This document shows positions 38,879 through 49,213 of a DNA stretch of 64,000 nucleotides, piece by piece. Origin of the DNA: Desulfobaccales bacterium (GTDB lineage Bacteria; Desulfobacterota; Desulfobaccia; Desulfobaccales; 0-14-0-80-60-11). The stretch lies in contig JBBFLF010000001.1 in assembly GCA_037481655.1 (NCBI GenBank), positions 127,052-191,051 on the forward strand, in the 5' to 3' direction. Each line of letters opens with the position of its first letter. Position 1 is the stretch's first letter. A program made the translations under genes and the position numbers. The notes beneath the pieces are model-generated. The model did no database searches and had not been told where the DNA came from. It saw only the letters and a program-made list of their open reading frames with translations.

Positions 38879-39658
38879 ATGGACCGGGAGACACGACTGG
38901 CGGCGGTGAAGACTCTCACCAGGATGGTGCTGAAAGAACTGGCCCCCCCGGAGGAATCCATTCATTTTGACGGCCGCTTTGCCCGTTTCGCCCAGACCGC
39001 CGGGCTGCCTCAGGCGGAGGAGCGGCTGGCCTTCTTTCGCTCCCGGGAGCAGGGGTTGGACCTCACTCTGGTGGCGGGCATGTTCTTCCAGGTGCTGCTG
39101 GAGGCGGAGAGCCTCCCTGCCCACCCCCAGGAGCGGGTCGCCTATGTGCGCCGCCAGGCCAAAAACTACCTCATCACCCGCCTGGCCGGAGAGGTGCCCC
39201 TGTCCCGTTTCTTTCGGCTCCTGGAGCTCATCGACGCCCATGTGCGGCATTACTTCGATAACCTGCGGGGAGGCTGGCTCAGGCCAGACAGCGCAGAGGC
39301 GGCGGAGTCCTCTCCGGTGGCGCCCCCAAACCGCCTCCGGACCCGGGAATTGCGGGAGGCGCTGGCCCGCATGCCCCTCCAGCCCACGGGCCGGCGCAAG
39401 TTCACCCAGGAAAGCCTGCTGGCCTTTTTGGAGAGCAGCCAGGGCGGCTGGTTCAAACTCCTGGATTTCGAGACCCACTTCCAGGTGAACAAAAAGACCG
39501 CCTGGGCCTACCTCAACCTCCTCCTCCAGGAGGGCATCCTGGAGCACAACGGCGAAAAGGCCAACAAAGTCCGCTACACCTTGGCCCGGCGCTTCCGGGA
39601 GGGGGAGCCGCCGCCGGAGCCCACCATCCGGCCGCGGCCGCTGCCTCTGGCTTTCTGA
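38879..39658 (+). CDS. Hypothetical protein with C-terminal winged-helix-like segment
   Basis: GAGGAGG RBS at 38862-38868. The C-terminal FLESSQGGWFKLLDFETHFQVNKKTAWAYLNLLLQEGILE looks like a wHTH. No family recognised. Confidence 0.5.
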   Translation: MDRETRLAAVKTLTRMVLKELAPPEESIHFDGRFARFAQTAGLPQAEERLAFFRSREQGLDLTLVAGMFFQVLLEAESLPAHPQERVAYVRRQAKNYLITRLAGEVPLSRFFRLLELIDAHVRHYFDNLRGGWLRPDSAEAAESSPVAPPNRLRTRELREALARMPLQPTGRRKFTQESLLAFLESSQGGWFKLLDFETHFQVNKKTAWAYLNLLLQEGILEHNGEKANKVRYTLARRFREGEPPPEPTIRPRPLPLAF

Positions 39659-40252
39659 GTGGCGAAGGGGGAATTACCGCCAAGCAGGGCGGGTAGGTTG
39701 TCCAGGGGAGGAGCCGGGATGGCTTCTTTCCTGTCACGTACCTTTCTCTTTTCCTTCCTGATCTTGAAACCCAGACCCCGGGGCGATGAGGTGAAGGAAA
39801 GCCTGACCTCGGGCGCAGAAGTGGCTTTAACTGTGGGGGCCTCCCTTTGTCTGGCCTTTGGCCCCTGGCCCTTGCAGAGCCGCGAAGCCGCAGCCGGCGG
39901 AGGCCGGCTCCCCGCCAGACCCTTTCCTTGCCGATAACTGGCAAAATTTTCCCCGGCAGGATATATTAAGGCATAGCAGTGGCAAGGGGAAGCCAGAGGG
40001 TCAGGTTTCTTCCCCGTCGGCCAGGAGTTCCCCCGGTCTCTGTGTGAGCCTGGGGAAAGGTCAGACGAAGGGAGAGCCGCCGCCCCTCGGTGAGTCCAGG
40101 TCTTACATCAGGGCATTTTCAGGAAGGCGCCGGGGGCGGCTTGGCGCCTTCTCTGGCGCAGTCGGGGCCAATCGCCTGGGAGGAAAGGGTGTCCCCGGTG
40201 AAGCCGGAGAGGGCGCGCAAACCCTCGGCCAAGCGCCCCAAGGAAGCGACGG

Positions 40253-40498
40253 ATGGCCAAAGAGAAGGGAAAAAATCACCGGGGCCAGAAGCTGGAGATC
40301 CGGGTCATTCCGCCCCAGTATCTGCATCTGCCCCTGGTGGAGATCGCCCGCCTCATGGGGGAGGGGCCCCTCCTGTGGCCGGGAGGGGCCGGCCGGGCTC
40401 AGGGGGTGAAGTTTGTCCCCTGCGAAGTGAAAAAGAAACGGGGCCGCAAGCCCAAAAACGATAGAAAGCCCGCCAACGGCCAGGAGAAGGGCCTCTAG
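40253..40498 (+). CDS. Possible small basic protein (81 aa)
   Basis: AAGGAAG lies ~8 nt upstream of the ATG. The central part is protein-like, with a Lys/Arg-rich tail ([14 protein letters not shown]). It overlaps several low-complexity ORFs, so the coding status is doubtful. Confidence 0.25.
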   Translation: MAKEKGKNHRGQKLEIRVIPPQYLHLPLVEIARLMGEGPLLWPGGAGRAQGVKFVPCEVKKKRGRKPKNDRKPANGQEKGL

Positions 40499-40544
40499 AG
40501 GCCCGTCCGGCCGGTCTGCTCCTGCTGACCTGACACCGCCACCC

Positions 40545-43385
40545 ATGCTCAGCGACCAGATCATCATCCGGGGCGCCCGGGAGCACAATCTCAAAAACCT
40601 GGACCTGGAGCTCCCCCGGCAGAAGTTCATCGTCATCACCGGGGTCTCCGGCTCCGGCAAGTCCACCCTGGCCTTCGACATCCTCTATGCCGAGGGCCAG
40701 CGGCGCTACGTGGAGAGCCTGTCGGCCTATGCCCGGCAGTTTCTGGAGCTCATGGACAAGCCGGACGTGGAGTACATCGAGGGCCTTTCCCCAGCCATCG
40801 CCATCGAGCAGCGCAGCGCCTCCCGCAACCCCCGCTCCACCGTGGCCACCGCCACCGAGATCTACGATTACCTGCGGGTGCTCTTTGCCCGGGTGGGCAC
40901 CCCCACCTGCCCCCGCTGCGGGGTGCCCATCGCCTCCCTCTCGGTGTCCCAGATGGTGGACCGCCTCCTGGAACTCCCCGCCGGTACCCGCTTCACCGTT
41001 CTGGCCCCAGTGGTGGTGAACCGCAAAGGGGAGCACCGGGCCCTCCTGGAGCGCCTGGCCCGGGAGGGCTTCACTCGCATCCGCCTGAACGGCGAGCTGG
41101 TGGAGCTGGAGGAGCTGCCGCCCCTGGACAAGAACAAGCGCCACACCATCGAGGCGGTGGTGGACCGCCTGGTGGTGAAGGAGGATCTGGCCCCCCGCCT
41201 CACCGACTCCCTGGAGCTGGCCCTGAAGCTGGCCGAGGGCACGGTGCGCATCGCCTTGCAGGAGGGGGAGGAGTTCATCTTCAGCGACAAATTCGCCTGC
41301 GACCTCTGCGGCCTCAGTCTGCCGGAGATCACCCCGCAGCTCTTCTCCTTCAACAGCCCCCAAGGCGCCTGCCCCGCCTGCTCCGGGCTGGGGAACCGCT
41401 TGGTGGTGGACCCGGACCTGGTGGTGCCTAACCCCGATCTCTCCCTCCGGGAGGGGGCCATCCGGCCCTGGTCCCGGCAACCCCCCGTCCGTCACCAGGA
41501 GCTCCTGGAGGCCCTGGAGAAGCATTACGGCTTTTCCAGCCGCACCCCCTTCAGGCTCCTGGATGAGGAGGTCAAACGGGCGCTCCTATATGGCTCCCAG
41601 GGCGCCAATATCGACTTTTTCACCGAACATGGCCACCGGCGCCACTTCCTGCCCCGGCCTTTTCCAGGGGTCATCCCTTGGCTGGAGGAGCGCTACCGGG
41701 AGACGGAGTCCTCTTTCCTGCGGGAGGAGATCGAGCAGTACATGACCTGGCAGCCCTGCCCCACCTGCGGGGGGGCCAGGCTCCGGCCCGAGGCCCTGGC
41801 GGTGAAGCTGGGGGGCCTCAACATCAGCGAGGTGACCGGCTTCAGCGTGGCCCAGGCCTTGAGTTGGTTCAAGGAGCTCAGCCTCACTCCCCGCCAGGCC
41901 CAGATCGCCCGCCGGGTGTTGAAGGAGATCACCGAGCGCCTGGGGTTTTTGCTGGAGGTGGGGCTGGACTACCTCACCCTCAACCGGGCCACCGCCACCC
42001 TGGCCGGGGGTGAGGCCCAGCGCATCCGGCTGGCCACCCAGATCGGCTCCAAGCTCTCCGGGGTGCTCTACATCCTGGATGAGCCCAGCATCGGCCTCCA
42101 TCCCCGGGATACGGCCCGGCTCCTCAAGACGCTCAAGGTGCTCCGGGACCTGGGAAACACCGTCATCGTGGTGGAGCATGACCCGGAGACCATCCGCCAG
42201 GCGGACTTTGTGGTGGACATGGGCCCCGGGGCCGGCCGCCACGGCGGCGAGGCCGTCTTTACCGGGCCCCCGGCCCGCCTCCTCAAGGCCGACACCCTGA
42301 CCGGTCTTTATCTCTCGGGCCGCCGGGAGATCGCCGTGCCCGCCGTGCGGCGCACCCCCACCGGCTGGCTGGAGCTTAGCGGCGCCGCGGGCCACAACCT
42401 GAAGGAGGTCACCGTCCGCATCCCCTTGGGGGTCCTCACCTGCGTCACCGGGGTCTCCGGCTCCGGCAAGAGCACTCTGGTGATGGACACCTTATATCCG
42501 GCCCTGCGCCAGAAGCTCTACCGGGCCCGGGTGCCCGCCGCGCCCTATCGGGAGCTTTCCGGGAGCGAACAGCTGGACAAGGTCATTCACATCGACCAGA
42601 GCCCCATCGGCCGCACCCCCCGGTCCAACCCGGCCACCTACTCCGGGGTCTTCACCCTCATCCGGGAGCTCTTCTCCCAGGTGCCTGAGGCGCGGCTCAG
42701 GGGCTACAAGCCGGGCCGCTTCAGCTTCAATGTCAAGGGCGGCCGCTGCGAGGCCTGCCGGGGCGAAGGCATCAACAAGATCGAGATGCACTTCCTGCCG
42801 GACGTCTATGTGAAGTGCGAGGTCTGCCACGGCCTGCGCTACAACCCCAGCACCCTGGAGATCCGCTACAAGGGCCTCAACATCGCCGAGGTCCTGGAGC
42901 TCACCGTGGACCAGGCCCTGGAGGTCTTTGGGCCGGTGCCGGCGCTCCGGGACCGCCTCACCACCCTGGCGGACGTGGGCCTGGGCTACGTGCAGCTGGG
43001 GCAGTCCGCCACTACCCTGTCCGGCGGCGAGGCCCAGCGCCTCAAACTCTCCCGGGAGCTGGCCCGCCGGGCCACCGGCCGCACCCTCTACATCCTGGAT
43101 GAGCCCACCACGGGCCTGCACCTGGCGGACATCGAGAAGCTCCTCCAGGTCCTCAACCGCCTGGTGGAGGCCGGCAACACCGTCATCGTCATCGAGCACC
43201 ACCTGGACGTCATCAAGACCGCGGACTATCTCATCGATCTCGGCCCTGAAGGCGGCGATGCCGGCGGCCGGGTAGTGGCCGTGGGCCCGCCGGAATTCGT
43301 GGCCGAAGTGCCGGAATCCCACACCGGCCGTTTCCTCAAGCCCCTCCTCCCCCTGTCTCCCCGGCGGCGGGCGGCGGCCAACTGA
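40545..43385 (+). CDS. uvrA: Excinuclease ABC subunit A
   Basis: 946 aa. [11 protein letters not shown], two Walker A ([10 protein letters not shown]) and signature (LSGGEAQR) sets, zinc-finger Cys pairs. Confidence 0.96.
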   Translation: MLSDQIIIRGAREHNLKNLDLELPRQKFIVITGVSGSGKSTLAFDILYAEGQRRYVESLSAYARQFLELMDKPDVEYIEGLSPAIAIEQRSASRNPRSTVATATEIYDYLRVLFARVGTPTCPRCGVPIASLSVSQMVDRLLELPAGTRFTVLAPVVVNRKGEHRALLERLAREGFTRIRLNGELVELEELPPLDKNKRHTIEAVVDRLVVKEDLAPRLTDSLELALKLAEGTVRIALQEGEEFIFSDKFACDLCGLSLPEITPQLFSFNSPQGACPACSGLGNRLVVDPDLVVPNPDLSLREGAIRPWSRQPPVRHQELLEALEKHYGFSSRTPFRLLDEEVKRALLYGSQGANIDFFTEHGHRRHFLPRPFPGVIPWLEERYRETESSFLREEIEQYMTWQPCPTCGGARLRPEALAVKLGGLNISEVTGFSVAQALSWFKELSLTPRQAQIARRVLKEITERLGFLLEVGLDYLTLNRATATLAGGEAQRIRLATQIGSKLSGVLYILDEPSIGLHPRDTARLLKTLKVLRDLGNTVIVVEHDPETIRQADFVVDMGPGAGRHGGEAVFTGPPARLLKADTLTGLYLSGRREIAVPAVRRTPTGWLELSGAAGHNLKEVTVRIPLGVLTCVTGVSGSGKSTLVMDTLYPALRQKLYRARVPAAPYRELSGSEQLDKVIHIDQSPIGRTPRSNPATYSGVFTLIRELFSQVPEARLRGYKPGRFSFNVKGGRCEACRGEGINKIEMHFLPDVYVKCEVCHGLRYNPSTLEIRYKGLNIAEVLELTVDQALEVFGPVPALRDRLTTLADVGLGYVQLGQSATTLSGGEAQRLKLSRELARRATGRTLYILDEPTTGLHLADIEKLLQVLNRLVEAGNTVIVIEHHLDVIKTADYLIDLGPEGGDAGGRVVAVGPPEFVAEVPESHTGRFLKPLLPLSPRRRAAAN

Positions 43386-43460
43386 GGGGAGCCGCGGCAG
43401 ACACCTCGGATCCCGGCCCGTTTGGCGGGCTATCCTGCGAGTCCTGCAACTAGCCGCTGC

Positions 43461-43518
43461 GGGCCAGGGGTCGAGGCCCTCTGCCCCCTCTCCCATGCGC
43501 CTTCCCCCAGTCCTCTGT
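43461..43518. repeat. Variant partial copy
   Basis: GGGCCAGGGG..GGCCCTCTGCCCCCTCTCCC + GCGCCTTCCCCCAGTCCTCTG. The arm variant CCCCCAGTCCTC is shared with 49134-49206. Confidence 0.5.
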
Positions 43519-43728
43519 ATAAGGAGGGGAGCTTAAGGGAAGCAGGAAAGCCACCCCTCCTTCGGCCCTCCCAAAAATCCTTTTACAGCGGTCTCATCAG
43601 GGAGCATCTTGCCCGGAGGGCAATGGCAAGCCGGGGTTGAACTTCTAGGCGGTTGTCGACCAGTATCTTGTCGCGGGAAAGCTGAAAAGGGCGCGTGAGG
43701 AGAAAAGGTGGTAACCGACCTTCGCCGG

Positions 43729-44376
43729 TTAGACGTTGCCCATGGTGAGGTGATAGGCCAGGTTGTCCAGCTTGACGGTGAAGTCCACGTTCTCCACCGC
43801 CAGCCCCTCGGGCACCTGCAGCTGGATGGGGGCGAAATTGAGGATGGCCCGGATGCCGGCCTGAATGAGGCGCTGGGCCACCTCCTGGGCCTGAGGGCCG
43901 GGGGTGGCGATGACCCCGATCTCCACCCCGGTCTCCTTGACCACCCGCTCCAGCTCATCCAGGTGGTGGATGATGAGGCCGTTGGGCAGCCGCCGCCCCA
44001 CCTTGGCGGGGTCCACATCGAAGACCGCGGCGAATTCATAGCCCTGCTTGGCGAAGTTCTGGTGCGACAGGAGCGCCGAGCCCAGATTCCCCACCCCCAC
44101 CAGGGCCATCTTCCAGACCTTGTTCAGGCCCAGGATGCGCTTGATCTCAAAGAGGAGCTCTTTGACGAAATAGCCCACCCCCCGGATGCCGAATTCGCCG
44201 AAGTAGGCCAGGTCCTTGCGGATCTGGGCGGGGTTGATGCCGCACTTCTGCGCCAGCTTGTCCGAGGCGATGATCTTCACCCCTTCCTGAGCCAGGGCTT
44301 CCAGGTAGCGGGAATAAATGGACAAGCGGGTGATGCTGGCCGCGGGAATTTTGGAAAATTTCGTGGGAGAACGCAT
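43729..44376 (-). CDS. rex: Redox-sensing transcriptional repressor Rex
   Basis: RLSIYSRYL, S..LA...G....QIRKDLAYFGEFG.RGVGY, Rossmann GVGNLG. Start at ATG 44376. Confidence 0.9.
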   Translation of the reverse strand: MRSPTKFSKIPAASITRLSIYSRYLEALAQEGVKIIASDKLAQKCGINPAQIRKDLAYFGEFGIRGVGYFVKELLFEIKRILGLNKVWKMALVGVGNLGSALLSHQNFAKQGYEFAAVFDVDPAKVGRRLPNGLIIHHLDELERVVKETGVEIGVIATPGPQAQEVAQRLIQAGIRAILNFAPIQLQVPEGLAVENVDFTVKLDNLAYHLTMGNV

Positions 44377-44403
44377 CCTTATCCTACCGAGGGGGGAAAA
44401 CCT

Positions 44404-44421
44404 CGTACAATTTTGCACATG
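44404..44421. promoter_or_regulatory. Imperfect inverted repeat upstream of rex (possible autoregulatory operator)
   Basis: TCGTACAATTTTGCACAT: arms GTACAA/TTGCAC with one mismatch, 28-45 nt upstream of the rex ATG. It shares the TGCACA half-site with the 51592 site. Confidence 0.3.
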
Positions 44422-44430
44422 AAGCGGCCT

Positions 44431-44458
44431 GAAAAGGGGGAGGCCGTAAGCCTCCCCC
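44431..44458 (-). terminator. Rho-independent terminator after atpE
   Basis: GGGGGAGGC (44436-44444) / GCCTCCCCC (44450-44458), followed by a T-run on the minus strand (44432-44435). Confidence 0.6.
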
Positions 44459-44468
44459 CATCTTCAGG

Positions 44469-44834
44469 TTACAGCTTCAGACCCAGGGCGGCGCCGATGG
44501 GACGGGCCATGGGGTAGGCAAAGAGGATGATGAGGGCCACGACCAAGGCGTAAATGGCCAGAGACTCGATCATGGCCAGACCGATGAGCATGGTCACGGT
44601 GATCTTACCGGAAGCTTCGGGGTTGCGGGCGATGCCTTCCACCGACTTCTGGATGGCCAGGCCCTGACCGATGCCGGTCCCGAAGGCGGCGATGCCCATG
44701 CCGAAACCGGCAGCCATCACCGCATAGCTGAAGAAGCTCCCCAGACCGGCGGCGGCACCGGCGGGTTCCGCCGCAAAGGCCGCGGAGGTCAGCAGCAGGG
44801 ACACCAGCAGACCCAAAGCAAGACGCAGAGACAT
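44469..44834 (-). CDS. atpE: F-type ATP synthase subunit c with N-terminal signal-peptide-like extension
   Basis: [12 protein letters not shown]...ARNPE...[20 protein letters not shown] is a c-subunit hairpin. It is preceded by [24 protein letters not shown]. Confidence 0.88.
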   Translation of the reverse strand: MSLRLALGLLVSLLLTSAAFAAEPAGAAAGLGSFFSYAVMAAGFGMGIAAFGTGIGQGLAIQKSVEGIARNPEASGKITVTMLIGLAMIESLAIYALVVALIILFAYPMARPIGAALGLKL

Positions 44835-44879
44835 AGAGAAAAACCTCCTGTGTTATGTGAAGTTGGCCTTCTTCCGCAA

Positions 44880-45557
44880 TCAGTGGGCGTGCTCCATGGC
44901 CCCGGCGAAGTACATCATGGACAGCAGGGTGAAGACAAAGGCCTGCACCAGGCTGGTGAAGATCGCCAGGAACATCATGGGCAGCGGCGCCAGAAACTTC
45001 CCGGCCAGGAAAATGAGAATGATGAGCACCGTATCCTCGCCCATGATATTGCCGAAGAGACGCAAAGTCAGGGAGAGGACCCGGGCCAGGTGGCCGATGA
45101 TCTCAATGGGGAAGAACAGGGGCGCCAGCCACGGGATGGGCCCCAGGAAATGCTTGATATACTTGGCCCCATGGAACTTGATCCCCAGATAGTGGGTATA
45201 GACAAAAGTGCACAGGGCAAAGGCCAGCGTGGTGTTGATATTGGCCGTGGGGGAGAAAAACCCCGGAATCAGGCCGATGAGGTTGCACACCAGGATGAAG
45301 ATGAAGGCGGTGCCGATATAGGGGAAGAAAGCCCGGCCTTCCTCACCGGTGATCTCCACCATGAACTCTTCCAGGCCGCCCACAAAAAGCTCCATGACGT
45401 TCTGGGCCCCGGCGGGCACCAGCGCCACCTGCTTGCTGGCCATCACCCCCAAGAGCACCAACAGGCCCATGATCAGCCAAGCATAGGTGACATGCGGCGG
45501 AATGTGGAGTCCGAACTTTCCCAACAGCAGGTCAAGAAACAGAATGGGGTGTTCCAT
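44880..45557 (-). CDS. atpB: F-type ATP synthase subunit a
   Basis: LSLTLRLFGNI.GE (essential Arg), multi-TM, 225 aa. Confidence 0.9.
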   Translation of the reverse strand: MEHPILFLDLLLGKFGLHIPPHVTYAWLIMGLLVLLGVMASKQVALVPAGAQNVMELFVGGLEEFMVEITGEEGRAFFPYIGTAFIFILVCNLIGLIPGFFSPTANINTTLAFALCTFVYTHYLGIKFHGAKYIKHFLGPIPWLAPLFFPIEIIGHLARVLSLTLRLFGNIMGEDTVLIILIFLAGKFLAPLPMMFLAIFTSLVQAFVFTLLSMMYFAGAMEHAH

Positions 45558-45963
45558 GAGACGGGTGTGCCTCCTTCCTCTTTAACTTGACGGTTTCGGT
45601 GATGGCCGCCAGCATCAGGGTCAACACCACCGTGGACAGACCGACGACTAAGCCGATGACATGCACCCGGCCGGAGCCGACCAGGTAAAAAATCAGCGCC
45701 AATACCACGACATAACGCAACGCCTGGCGCACGGCGAAATAGGCCTTGGCCCGGCCTCCCTCCTCCGGGGGCCCCGCCTGGGCCCGGACCGCCAGGCCCT
45801 GCACGGCCCGGTGCAGGGCATGAAAGTTGAGCACGGAAAGCAAGCCTCCCACCACCACCCCCACGGCAAAGTCCACTCCCAGCGTCAGCCAGCTCACCGC
45901 GGTCAGTCCGGCCAGGATCACCCAGTTGGTGATTTTCAGGGTGCGGGGGGAGAGGAAATCCAT
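45532..45963 (-). CDS. atpI: ATP synthase protein I-like membrane protein
   Basis: Small 4-TM protein between atpZ and atpB. The start is either ATG 45963 or GTG 45972. Confidence 0.55.
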   Translation of the reverse strand: MDFLSPRTLKITNWVILAGLTAVSWLTLGVDFAVGVVVGGLLSVLNFHALHRAVQGLAVRAQAGPPEEGGRAKAYFAVRQALRYVVVLALIFYLVGSGRVHVIGLVVGLSTVVLTLMLAAITETVKLKRKEAHPSHGTPHSVS

Positions 45964-45968
45964 GCCCC

Positions 45969-46190
45969 TCACTTATAGCGCTTGCCCATGATATAGAGAT
46001 TGCGGAAGCCCGCAATGATGCCCGCCAGCAAGCCCAGGTAAAAAAAGATGACGCTGTCGAAGACGCCCCAGAGCCAGTAGCCCAAGAGCCCGCCGATGGC
46101 GATGGCCAGCACCACCGACAGGCCGATGGAGGAGGCCCGGTAACCGCCTTGGAGCAACTCTTTCAGAAACTGCTTGGTCTCTTCCTTCAC
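45969..46190 (-). CDS. atpZ: AtpZ/AtpR-type small F0F1-associated membrane protein
   Basis: 73 aa with two TM segments (GLSVVLAIAIGGLLGYWL..., FFYLGLLAGIIAGF). It is the first gene of the F0 block. Confidence 0.6.
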   Translation of the reverse strand: MKEETKQFLKELLQGGYRASSIGLSVVLAIAIGGLLGYWLWGVFDSVIFFYLGLLAGIIAGFRNLYIMGKRYK

Positions 46191-46373
46191 GAGCCCCGTC
46201 GCTTTCTGCCTGGGGAGAGGCCGGACTTTATGCCTCTTTTCACATGAGCCTGTCTATCACAGGCCTCCCCCCAAGTCAAACTTTTTTTCCGGCATGGCTG
46301 TCCAAAAAACAGACTGCCTGAATATCCATGAAAGATCAGGTAGATAGCTGAAGACAGTGGCAGATGGCATTCG

Positions 46374-46440
46374 GGAAAGGGAGGGGCGGGGGCGAAAATT
46401 CCCTCCCCACTCTCCCAGACCCTCTCCCCCAGCCCCTTAA
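46374..46440. repeat. Half element (left-hand orientation)
   Basis: GGGAAAGGGAGGGGCGGGGGCG-aaaatt-CCCTCCCCACTCTCCC + AGACCCTCTCCCCCAGCCCCTTAA. Confidence 0.65.
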
Positions 46441-46630
46441 ATCTTTTGCATGCACCCAATGGAATTCTTGGCCCCGATGGCCCGAAGCTGAGGTGGCGGG
46501 GAGGGGAAATTTGAGAGGGGGCGGAGAGCCTTCTTACCCGCAGATCCCCCCCAAAAATCTCTTTCGCCCCGGTCTCAGTTAAGAAGAGCCGGGGGCCCGG
46601 CCTGTTTCACTTAGCCCCCGGTGGCGCTCG

Positions 46631-49105
46631 TCAATTTCCCGGCCCGGTATTGGGTGCCGTTAATTTGGCGGCAGGCAGCTCCACCACAAAGGTGGTGCCC
46701 TGGGGCCCGGTGTCCGCCACCGCGATGCGCCCCAGGTGCTTCTCGATGATGCCGTAGCTGATGGACAGCCCCAGGCCCACGCCCTTGCCCACCTCCTTGG
46801 TGGTGAAGAAGGGATCGAAGAGCCGGCTCAGGTGGCTTTCCGGGATGCCGGGGCCGGTGTCGGTGAAGCGCACCCGCACCAGCTCGCCGCCCTGGGCCAC
46901 CTCAGTGGACACGGTGAGCCGCCCCTTGCCCTCCATGGCCTCGGCGCCGTTCATCAGCAGATTGATGAACACCTGCTCCAGGCGGCCGCGATCCCCCATG
47001 ACCGGCGGCAGGTGCGCCTGGAAGTGCCGCACCACCTCCACGGACTGAAAGAGGAGGTGATCGCTCACCAGCGCCAGGACGTTGTCCAGGATCTCATTGA
47101 GGTTCACCGGCACCATGCGGGCCGGGGTATAGCGGGAGAATTCCAGCAGCCCCTTGACGATCTCCTTGCAGCGGGTGGCCTCCTTGACGATCTTCTCCAC
47201 CTGGCGCCATTCGGGGCTCTCCCGCTCCAGGTCCTCCAGGAGGAGATAACTCAGGACCAGAATGCTTCCCAGGGGGTTGTTCATTTCATGGGCCACTCCC
47301 GCGGCCAGCTGGCCCAAGGCCGCCAGCTTCTCGGTGTGGGCCAGATGCTCCTCCAGCTGCTTCTTTTTGGTGATGTCCCTAAGATGCGTCTGGCTGGCCG
47401 GCGCCCCCCCATAGGTGGTGGGAAAGGAGATGGCCTCCAGATTGATGCAACTGCCGTCCTTCCTTTGGCCCTTGAGTTCAAAGATGCGGGGTTTAAAGTG
47501 GCCTTTCAGGAGGCGCAGCACCTGTTCCCGGGCCCGCTCCGGTCCGGGGAGGCTGAGGAAGGTGGTGAAGTCCCGCCCCAGCATTTCTTTTGGAGCCTCG
47601 CAGCCGAACATCTCCAAAGCCGCCGGATTGGCATACAAAATCTCCCCCTCCCGGTGCAGGAGGATGCCGTCCAGGGAGGCCTCCGCCAGGAGGCGGTATT
47701 TCTCCTCCGATTCTTTGAGCTGCCGGGCCAGCTGCTCCCGCTCGGTGATGTCCACAATGGACTGCACCGCGCCCACCACCTGCCCTTCGGGGCCGTAAAT
47801 GGGGGAGGAGGTGCTGTAAAAGGAGCGCTCCCGGCCCTGGAAATCGGGGAAATATTCATACGCTTCAAAGGCCACCGGCAGATAGGGGGAGCGCTTCAGT
47901 TCCTTGTTGCCGAAGAAGCGCTCCAGGGCCTTGAAGTTGTGCTCCACCACCAGGGAGGCCATGCTGGGGCCTTCGTGGGCATAGAAGGGCAGCCAGTAGC
48001 TGTAGGTGCCCAGCATCTCCTCCCGGGAGCGGCCGGTGAGCTCCTCGCAGGCCCGGTTCCAGGCGATGATGCGGTGGCTGCGGTCAATGACAAAAGTGGG
48101 GATGGGCAGACCGTCCAGGATCCACTGGGTGGCGGTCTTCTCCCGGACGAGGTCCTCCTGGCTCTGTTTGAGGAGGGTAATGTCCTTGATGAAGCCCTCG
48201 TAGCCGGTGATCAGGCCCTCGGCAGTGCGCCGGCCGATGCCGGTGAGGAGGGCGGGGACAGTCTCTCCGGCGGCGTTTTTGAGGGTAAGTCCCAGATCCC
48301 GGGCAAAGCCGTCCTGTTCCACCAAACCGGTGAAGCGCTCCCAATCCCGGGGCTCCGCCAGGAAGCGCCGGAAGCTGGTCCCCAATACCTGCTCCTTGGC
48401 CGCCACCCCCAGAAGCTCCAGACCGGCGGGGTTGAGGTCCAACAGCAGGCCGTCCCGGTCGGTGACAAAGATCAGGTCCATGCAGCCTTCAAAGATCCGC
48501 CGGTAACGCCGCTCCGAGCGCTTCAGGTCCCGGTAGAGGCAGGCGTTGGCGATGGCCAGACCGATCTGATTGCCCAGGATGGCGTAAAACTCCGGGGTCA
48601 TGCCCGAGAAGGTGTCCGGCTGCGGGGAGGCCAGGTTGAGAAAGCCCGTCACCTGCTCCCGGAATTTCAAGGGAATGCTCACCAGGCTCTGGTAATGGCG
48701 GTAATGCTGGATGGAGCGGGAAAAGGTGGAGAGGGCCACCCGGGGGTCGGAGCTCAGATCCCGGACGAGGAGGGGGGCCGCAGCCCGGGTGAGATAGGGA
48801 GTGATGATCTCCTCCAGACCCCCGCCGGTGAGCTCCTCCAGGTAAGCCGGGGGAAAGCCCCGGGCCGCCAGGCTGCTCAACCGCCGCCGCCGGCCGTCCC
48901 ACAAGAGCAGGATGCCGGCGTCGATCTGAAAGAAATCCAGCAGGGCATCCAGGATCAGGTCCACAATCTCCTGGAGGTCATGGGTATATGAGGAGATAGT
49001 GGCGATGTCGTTGAACAGGCTGAGCTCGGGGCAGTAATCCCTCAGCCTCTGGCCGGCAGGCCGGCGGCGGGGCAGGAGAGGGGGGTCTTCTGATTTCATG
49101 GCCAT
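46631..49105 (-). CDS. Multi-domain sensor histidine kinase (GAF + several PAS + HisKA + HATPase), cytoplasmic
   Basis: 824 aa. H-box AHEMNNPLGSI, N/G boxes (NLLMNGAEAM, DTGPGI, GVGLGLSISY), and repeated PAS-like blocks upstream. Confidence 0.82.
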   Translation of the reverse strand: MAMKSEDPPLLPRRRPAGQRLRDYCPELSLFNDIATISSYTHDLQEIVDLILDALLDFFQIDAGILLLWDGRRRRLSSLAARGFPPAYLEELTGGGLEEIITPYLTRAAAPLLVRDLSSDPRVALSTFSRSIQHYRHYQSLVSIPLKFREQVTGFLNLASPQPDTFSGMTPEFYAILGNQIGLAIANACLYRDLKRSERRYRRIFEGCMDLIFVTDRDGLLLDLNPAGLELLGVAAKEQVLGTSFRRFLAEPRDWERFTGLVEQDGFARDLGLTLKNAAGETVPALLTGIGRRTAEGLITGYEGFIKDITLLKQSQEDLVREKTATQWILDGLPIPTFVIDRSHRIIAWNRACEELTGRSREEMLGTYSYWLPFYAHEGPSMASLVVEHNFKALERFFGNKELKRSPYLPVAFEAYEYFPDFQGRERSFYSTSSPIYGPEGQVVGAVQSIVDITEREQLARQLKESEEKYRLLAEASLDGILLHREGEILYANPAALEMFGCEAPKEMLGRDFTTFLSLPGPERAREQVLRLLKGHFKPRIFELKGQRKDGSCINLEAISFPTTYGGAPASQTHLRDITKKKQLEEHLAHTEKLAALGQLAAGVAHEMNNPLGSILVLSYLLLEDLERESPEWRQVEKIVKEATRCKEIVKGLLEFSRYTPARMVPVNLNEILDNVLALVSDHLLFQSVEVVRHFQAHLPPVMGDRGRLEQVFINLLMNGAEAMEGKGRLTVSTEVAQGGELVRVRFTDTGPGIPESHLSRLFDPFFTTKEVGKGVGLGLSISYGIIEKHLGRIAVADTGPQGTTFVVELPAAKLTAPNTGPGN

Positions 49106-49133
49106 GAGAGCACCGTCCGCTGGATCAGGCCGC

Positions 49134-49206
49134 TCCCTCGCCCCCAGTCCTCGCTGGGGGTGGAGAGGTGAGGGGGCAGGAGCCGGGGGGTCCCCGGTCT
49201 GCCCTT
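49134..49206. repeat. Variant copy
   Basis: CCCTCGCCCCCAGTCCTCGCTGGGGGTGGAGAGG + GAGGGGGCAGGAGCCGGGG-ggt-CCCCGGTCTGCCC. Confidence 0.5.
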
Positions 49207-49213
49207 GGAATCA

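Noticed and set aside
40040-40085. AGGTCAGACGAAGGGAGAGCCGCC, superficially like the SRP RNA helix-8 motif (GGUCAGGUCCGGAAGGAAGCAGCC)
   Set aside because: The flanks cannot form the required GNAR-tetraloop helix and the symmetric-loop residues are missing. It is not an SRP RNA.
46736-48991. 751-aa plus-strand ORF
   Set aside because: It is antisense to the PAS/GAF histidine kinase, which has H, N and G boxes. Shadow ORF.
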